The translations under genes were made by a program, and so were the position numbers. DNA of 64,000 nucleotides from an uncultured Pelagibacteraceae bacterium (GTDB taxonomy: Bacteria > Pseudomonadota > Alphaproteobacteria > Pelagibacterales > Pelagibacteraceae): contig CACAWF010000004.1 of assembly GCA_902536085.1 (NCBI GenBank), forward strand, positions 1,298 to 65,297. The letters are read 5' to 3'. The first letter of the stretch is position 1, and every line of letters begins with the position of its first letter. The notes beneath the pieces were generated by a model. The model was not told where the DNA came from and did no database searches. It was given only the letters and a program-made list of their open reading frames with translations. Of this stretch, positions 56,794-64,000 are shown piece after piece.

Positions 56794-57918
56794 TTAATTT
56801 ACTGGAGTATCTTTATAAAGCTTACAAGACATCGCAATCCCTAAACCGAGCATTATAGCCATCATAGAGGAGCCCCCATAAGACATAATTGGTAATGGTG
56901 AGCCAACAATAGGTAGCAAACCTAACACCATCATCATATTTACTACCACATATATGAAGAATGCTGTCGCAAAACTATAGCAATATAACTTTCCAAAATT
57001 ACTTCTCGTAATATTTCCAATTCTAACTATTCTCCAAACTATTACTGCATATAATAATAATATAAATAAAGAACCAAAAAACCCAAATTCCTCTGAGAAT
57101 AATGTAAATATAAAATCTGTATGTTTTTCGGGTAAATAATCTAGATAACTTTGAGATCCTTGTAAAAATCCTTTTCCAAATAATCCTCCTGAACCAATAG
57201 CTATTTTTGATTGAATAATTTGGTAACCTGCGCCCAGCGGATCTCTTTCAGGATTTAAAAAGGTTAAGATCCTTGATTTTTGATAAGGTTTAAGGAAAGA
57301 AATAGCTATAGGTAATAATGCTAAAAAAGCTAGTGCTGAAAACGTGAAAAATTTTACTCTTACGCCCGCCAACCAAGCAACTGTTAGACCTCCTGCAGCG
57401 ATTAAAATTGAAGTTCCAAGGTCAGGTTGAGTTGCAACCAAAATTACTGGAGCAACTAATACAACTATTGGCAAAAATAAATATCTTACTCTATTAATGT
57501 TTTCAATTGAGGTTCGATGGTAATATTTTGCTAAAAACAAAATTAAACCAATTTTCATCAATTCAGATGGTTGAAGGTTCATAAAATATAAATCTAACCA
57601 TCGTTTTGAACCAGAAGAGGTCAAACCAAAATATTTTACACCTAATAATAATATGAAAAAGGTCAAATAAATTAAATAACTTTGGCTATGCCAGAATCTA
57701 ATTTGAATAAAAGAAAGTACTATAAACATTCCGAAGAAAACAAAAAAACGAAGAATGTGGCTGTTAGTATGGTACTTAAATTCCCCTCCATCAGTTGAAT
57801 ACATAGCTAGTATACTGACTAAACCAAGAATAAATATAGAAATTACTAATACATAATCAATTGATAAAATTTTATCCTTGAAACTCAATGAAGACTGGAT
57901 AGATCTAGCTCTAAACAT
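56794..57918 (-). CDS. rodA: SEDS peptidoglycan glycosyltransferase RodA
   Basis: GSKRW, QPSELMK, QPDLGT, GYQIIQS.IAIGSGG, PEKHTDFIF, SYGGSS. Confidence 0.96.
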   Translation of the reverse strand: MFRARSIQSSLSFKDKILSIDYVLVISIFILGLVSILAMYSTDGGEFKYHTNSHILRFFVFFGMFIVLSFIQIRFWHSQSYLIYLTFFILLLGVKYFGLTSSGSKRWLDLYFMNLQPSELMKIGLILFLAKYYHRTSIENINRVRYLFLPIVVLVAPVILVATQPDLGTSILIAAGGLTVAWLAGVRVKFFTFSALAFLALLPIAISFLKPYQKSRILTFLNPERDPLGAGYQIIQSKIAIGSGGLFGKGFLQGSQSYLDYLPEKHTDFIFTLFSEEFGFFGSLFILLLYAVIVWRIVRIGNITRSNFGKLYCYSFATAFFIYVVVNMMMVLGLLPIVGSPLPIMSYGGSSMMAIMLGLGIAMSCKLYKDTPVN

Positions 57919-59852
57919 TATACAGTTTCTCCTAGAAGATTATTTACTCTTTGTCGTAACTCATGACGTTCTAAAACTTTTCTAATTATTTTCTTAGCTA
58001 TTGGAGCTGCAGCTTTACCACCAGAGCCGCCGTGTTCAACTAAAACACTTATTGCGTATTTTGGGTCTTCATAAGGTGCAAAAGCAACGAACAATGCATG
58101 GTCTCTATCTTTATAAGGTAAACTTTCCTGTTTAACCTCTGCCTCTCGTTGTGCTTCAGTAAATCTTTTAATCTGGGATGAACCTGTCTTTCCTGCAAAA
58201 GTAAATTTTTTATTTTCCCATCTGTGCCTATATGAGGTTCCACCTGGTTCATTTGAAGAGGAAAACATAGCATCTTTAATCAAATTAATATGCTCCTGAT
58301 TTTTAAACAGTGGTTTTAATTCAAAATTAGATACTAAAAGGTCTGTGGGCAATGGGTCATTTGGATTTTTATTTTTATACTCGATATAACTTTTTAAATT
58401 ATTATTTTTTTCATCGTAAATAATTCTTGGTTTTATTTCAAATCCACCGTTTGCTAATTGTGCAGTCATTAAACATAATTGTAATGGAGTACTTTGAAAG
58501 TAACCTTGTCCGATACCTGAGTGTAAAGTTTCTCCTAAATACCAATTTTGACCAATAAATTTTTTCTTCCATTTTGTGTTAGGAACTACACCAGCTCTCT
58601 CCTCGATAAAACCATTTAGAACTTTTTTTCCTAAACCGAATTTTTTTGCAGTCTCAGACAATCTATCGACACCCAATTTTCTTGCAACCTCATAGAAATA
58701 AACATCACATGATCGCTGAATACCTTTTCTGAGATTTACTATTCCATGGCCATCTTTTTCCCAACAATGAAATTTCTCTCCGTAAAGTTCGATTTTTCCT
58801 TTACATCTAAAAGTATCTAGAGGCTTAATAATTCCATTTTCTAGTGCACTTAATGCCACTAAAGTCTTTATAGTCGAGCCTGGAGGATATAGACCAGCGA
58901 TAGTTTTATTTGTGAGAGGCCTCTTTTCATTTTTTATGAGACTATTCCAATATTTTTTATCTAAACCATGAACAAATTCATTTGGTTCAAAAGTTGGTGA
59001 AGAAACTAAGGAAACGATGTCTCCATTATAAACATCCATCACACATACAGCTGCAGCTTTATCTTTCAGTAGTTCATTGGTAAATTTTTGAACCTCAAAA
59101 TCTAATGTTGTTTTAAAACTTTTTCCAGCCTGACCTTGGTTTATTTGAATTTGTTTTATTCTTTTTCCAAAAGCGTTCACTTCATATCTTTGGAAACCTA
59201 TTTTTCCAATTATTTGTTCGTCTAGTTTTCTTTCGAGTCCAGTTTTTCCTATGCTCATGCCTGGGACATGTAAATCTTTTAAATACTTTTTGGTTTGAAG
59301 ATCTTTAGCGCTAACTTGAGAGACATAGCCTAACACGTGAGCGGAAGAGTTATCTGGATACATTCTTGCCACAGATACTACAGGCTTAACACCGTCTAAT
59401 TCATGAAGAAATAGATTTAATCTTGAAAATTCTGACCAAGTTATATTATCTGAAACTATTATAGGCTCCCAAGGTTTTTGTTTAGCTATAATTTTTTTTA
59501 AATAAAATAATTTTTTGTCACTTATATTTAAAATTGTTTTCAATCTTACAAATAATTTTTCAATATCTTTTGAGTTCTCTGGAATCAAATGAACTTGGTA
59601 AACTTGTTCATTTGAAGCTATTTCTTTATCAAAGAAATCTTTAATTACGCCCCTTTCAGGAGCTAATTTCCACTCTCTGAATCTATTTTTATCAGATAAA
59701 GTCTTATATTTTGTTCTTTCATTTATTTGCAAAGAAACCAAACGACCAATAATACCAAAAGTAACAACTGCCTTAGCTGCAGTTAACAAAAACATTCTTC
59801 TGCTTATTAATTTAGATTTTATGACTGTATTCCCTGAGCTAGGACTAAGCAT
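57918..59852 (-). CDS. mrdA: Penicillin-binding protein 2
   Basis: YPPGSTIK (SxxK), SCDVYFY, AGKTG; within the mre operon. Confidence 0.96.
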   Translation of the reverse strand: MLSPSSGNTVIKSKLISRRMFLLTAAKAVVTFGIIGRLVSLQINERTKYKTLSDKNRFREWKLAPERGVIKDFFDKEIASNEQVYQVHLIPENSKDIEKLFVRLKTILNISDKKLFYLKKIIAKQKPWEPIIVSDNITWSEFSRLNLFLHELDGVKPVVSVARMYPDNSSAHVLGYVSQVSAKDLQTKKYLKDLHVPGMSIGKTGLERKLDEQIIGKIGFQRYEVNAFGKRIKQIQINQGQAGKSFKTTLDFEVQKFTNELLKDKAAAVCVMDVYNGDIVSLVSSPTFEPNEFVHGLDKKYWNSLIKNEKRPLTNKTIAGLYPPGSTIKTLVALSALENGIIKPLDTFRCKGKIELYGEKFHCWEKDGHGIVNLRKGIQRSCDVYFYEVARKLGVDRLSETAKKFGLGKKVLNGFIEERAGVVPNTKWKKKFIGQNWYLGETLHSGIGQGYFQSTPLQLCLMTAQLANGGFEIKPRIIYDEKNNNLKSYIEYKNKNPNDPLPTDLLVSNFELKPLFKNQEHINLIKDAMFSSSNEPGGTSYRHRWENKKFTFAGKTGSSQIKRFTEAQREAEVKQESLPYKDRDHALFVAFAPYEDPKYAISVLVEHGGSGGKAAAPIAKKIIRKVLERHELRQRVNNLLGETV

Positions 59853-60357
59853 CTCTACCACCTACAAATGTGGCCTGATAAAGATTAAATAAAAGCCAGA
59901 ATATCGGGAACATAAATACGGTAAAAAACATATTGTATCCTATTTTAGAAATTGGAAAAGATAAATCTGAAAAATTATTTAATAATGAAAAAAATAACAA
60001 GTTTGAAAAAATCATTGCCATAAAAAATGTAAACCAATCAGATGCGATCGTTGTGTTAACACTTTTATTTCTTACGTAAGTGCCAACAAAAATTATTATT
60101 AGGTATGAGAGAGAACTTATTCCTAGAGGAAAACCCATAACTACATCATTAATCAAACCTGCTAAAAAAATATGTCCATTTGCCATTATCTCTGGTCTTT
60201 TTAAAACCCAAAAGTAAATTAAAATAATTTGAAAATTTAAAGTAAATATTTCAAAAGTTTTTTCTAAGTTAGTGTCTACCTCGCTTATGCATAAATAATA
60301 TAAAAGAATAACTGGTCCAGCATTATAAATTTTATTAATGATTGAGGTTTTGGCCAT
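59845..60357 (-). CDS. mreD: Rod shape-determining protein MreD
   Basis: YFWVL.RP, GL..D...G.PLG; between mreC and mrdA. Confidence 0.85.
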   Translation of the reverse strand: MAKTSIINKIYNAGPVILLYYLCISEVDTNLEKTFEIFTLNFQIILIYFWVLKRPEIMANGHIFLAGLINDVVMGFPLGISSLSYLIIIFVGTYVRNKSVNTTIASDWFTFFMAMIFSNLLFFSLLNNFSDLSFPISKIGYNMFFTVFMFPIFWLLFNLYQATFVGGRDA

Positions 60358-61202
60358 TATAAGTCCCCCTTAGATTGTACGTTTAAATTCACCGTCACGA
60401 AGGATAATTGATTTGGATCTACAAACAAATCTACTTCTCCATTTTCGTTTGTTTTACCAATAGGTGTTCCCGGTGAGAATATTCCATCCTTCCCAGAAGC
60501 AAATACACTTATATCCTCAATAACTTTATAATCTTCAGGTAAATATTCTAGAATCGGATTATTTGATCCACTTCCAGATAAAATTGCTTGAGCTCCCTCG
60601 TCTAGCGTCACTGGAATTCTGCTGTTTAAATCATTGAGCAATAAGACTCTTGAAGACAAATAGTTTGTTTCTACAACTCTACCAACTAGATAATTATCCT
60701 TAGTTACCGGCATACCTTTAAGAATACCTATTTGAGTACCCTTATTAATTATTATTGATTTTAAAAAAGGACTATTTTTATCAACTAAAACCTTTGCAAG
60801 TATAATATTACTTAAGTTCTTATTGAAATATTCTGTTTCTAAAATTTTTTGAAGATTTTTATTTTCGTCAGTTAAAAATTCAACGTTTAATTCTAGAGAT
60901 TTATATTTTTCTATTTCTGCTTTTAGTTTCTTATTTTCTTCTCTGACATTTAGGAAGCTTGAGATATCATTGCTAACTTGCGGAAAGAATCTGGAAGGTG
61001 TAGATGCTAAAAAAGTAACTCTATAGACTACATCATTAATAAATCCCCTTATAGGTTTTGTAAATTTTGCTCCGTAAACATCTAAAAAGAAAATTATTAA
61101 AGCAAGGAAGATCAAAGATAAAACAGAAAATTTTTGAGCTCCTCCTCTTTGAAGGAGTGCTGAACGAAAAGCTATACTAAAATCATCTCTACTAACTGAC
61201 AT
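60357..61202 (-). CDS. mreC: Rod shape-determining protein MreC
   Basis: TM plus coiled coil (EN..L), IIINKG, LVGRV, SRIPV, SG.DG.F..G. Confidence 0.93.
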   Translation of the reverse strand: MSVSRDDFSIAFRSALLQRGGAQKFSVLSLIFLALIIFFLDVYGAKFTKPIRGFINDVVYRVTFLASTPSRFFPQVSNDISSFLNVREENKKLKAEIEKYKSLELNVEFLTDENKNLQKILETEYFNKNLSNIILAKVLVDKNSPFLKSIIINKGTQIGILKGMPVTKDNYLVGRVVETNYLSSRVLLLNDLNSRIPVTLDEGAQAILSGSGSNNPILEYLPEDYKVIEDISVFASGKDGIFSPGTPIGKTNENGEVDLFVDPNQLSFVTVNLNVQSKGDL

Positions 61203-61220
61203 TTATTCATTTAATATAAA

Positions 61221-63828
<2,608 letters not shown>

Positions 63829-63931
63829 AGCTCAATAATTTTTATAAATTTAAAGCATTTCATATTACAATCAAAGCTAGAATTTGCAAATAATTATGTG
63901 GTTCAATTAAGTAATTTGGACTCAGATTGGG

Positions 63932-64000
63932 TTAATTTTTATCTTTATCGACTAGTTTATTTTTACCAATCCATGGCATCATGGCTCGAAGTTCTTTACC
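63932..64000 (-). CDS. ilvC: 3' end of ketol-acid reductoisomerase (partial)
   Basis: Manual translation ...GKELRAMMPWIGKNKLVDKDKN-stop, typical alphaproteobacterial IlvC C-terminus; adjacent to leuA. Confidence 0.85.
   Translation of the reverse strand, partial: GKELRAMMPWIGKNKLVDKDKN

Overview
Very AT-rich, densely packed alphaproteobacterial chromosome segment. Gene content, tiny intergenic spacers, a glycine riboswitch ahead of gcvT and a SAM-V riboswitch point to SAR11/'Ca. Pelagibacter' (inferred, not searched). Left to right it holds: an oxidative-stress and lipid block (exported MsrA, TspO, Fe-SOD, SDR and an FAD oxidoreductase-DUF1365-Cfa-DUF3833 operon resembling the furan fatty acid genes); gcvTHP under a tandem glycine riboswitch; prpD-acnA; cytochrome c'/b561; one Liv-type ABC system; a long minus-strand module (second HAAT ABC with an inserted HExxH protein, AzlCD, an unannotated 18-aa membrane peptide, glutarate dioxygenase GlaH/CsiD, TctCBA and a beta-barrel OMP); a sulfur/redox block (grxC, two msrB, ccdA, cysE, gshAB, metY); tandem lipoprotein paralogs; and leuA-mreBCD-mrdA-rodA-bactofilin, ending in the 3' end of ilvC. 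The most novel-looking signals are short elements the ORF track misses: two overlapping micro-ORFs between the SAM-II/SAM-V tandem riboswitch and metY, an Arg-rich leader peptide ending HPP-stop coupled to an exported phosphatase, and a probably leaderless hydrophobic micro-ORF abutting glaH. I saw no tRNA, rRNA, CRISPR array, transposase or prophage. All calls come from reading the sequence; no database searches were run.
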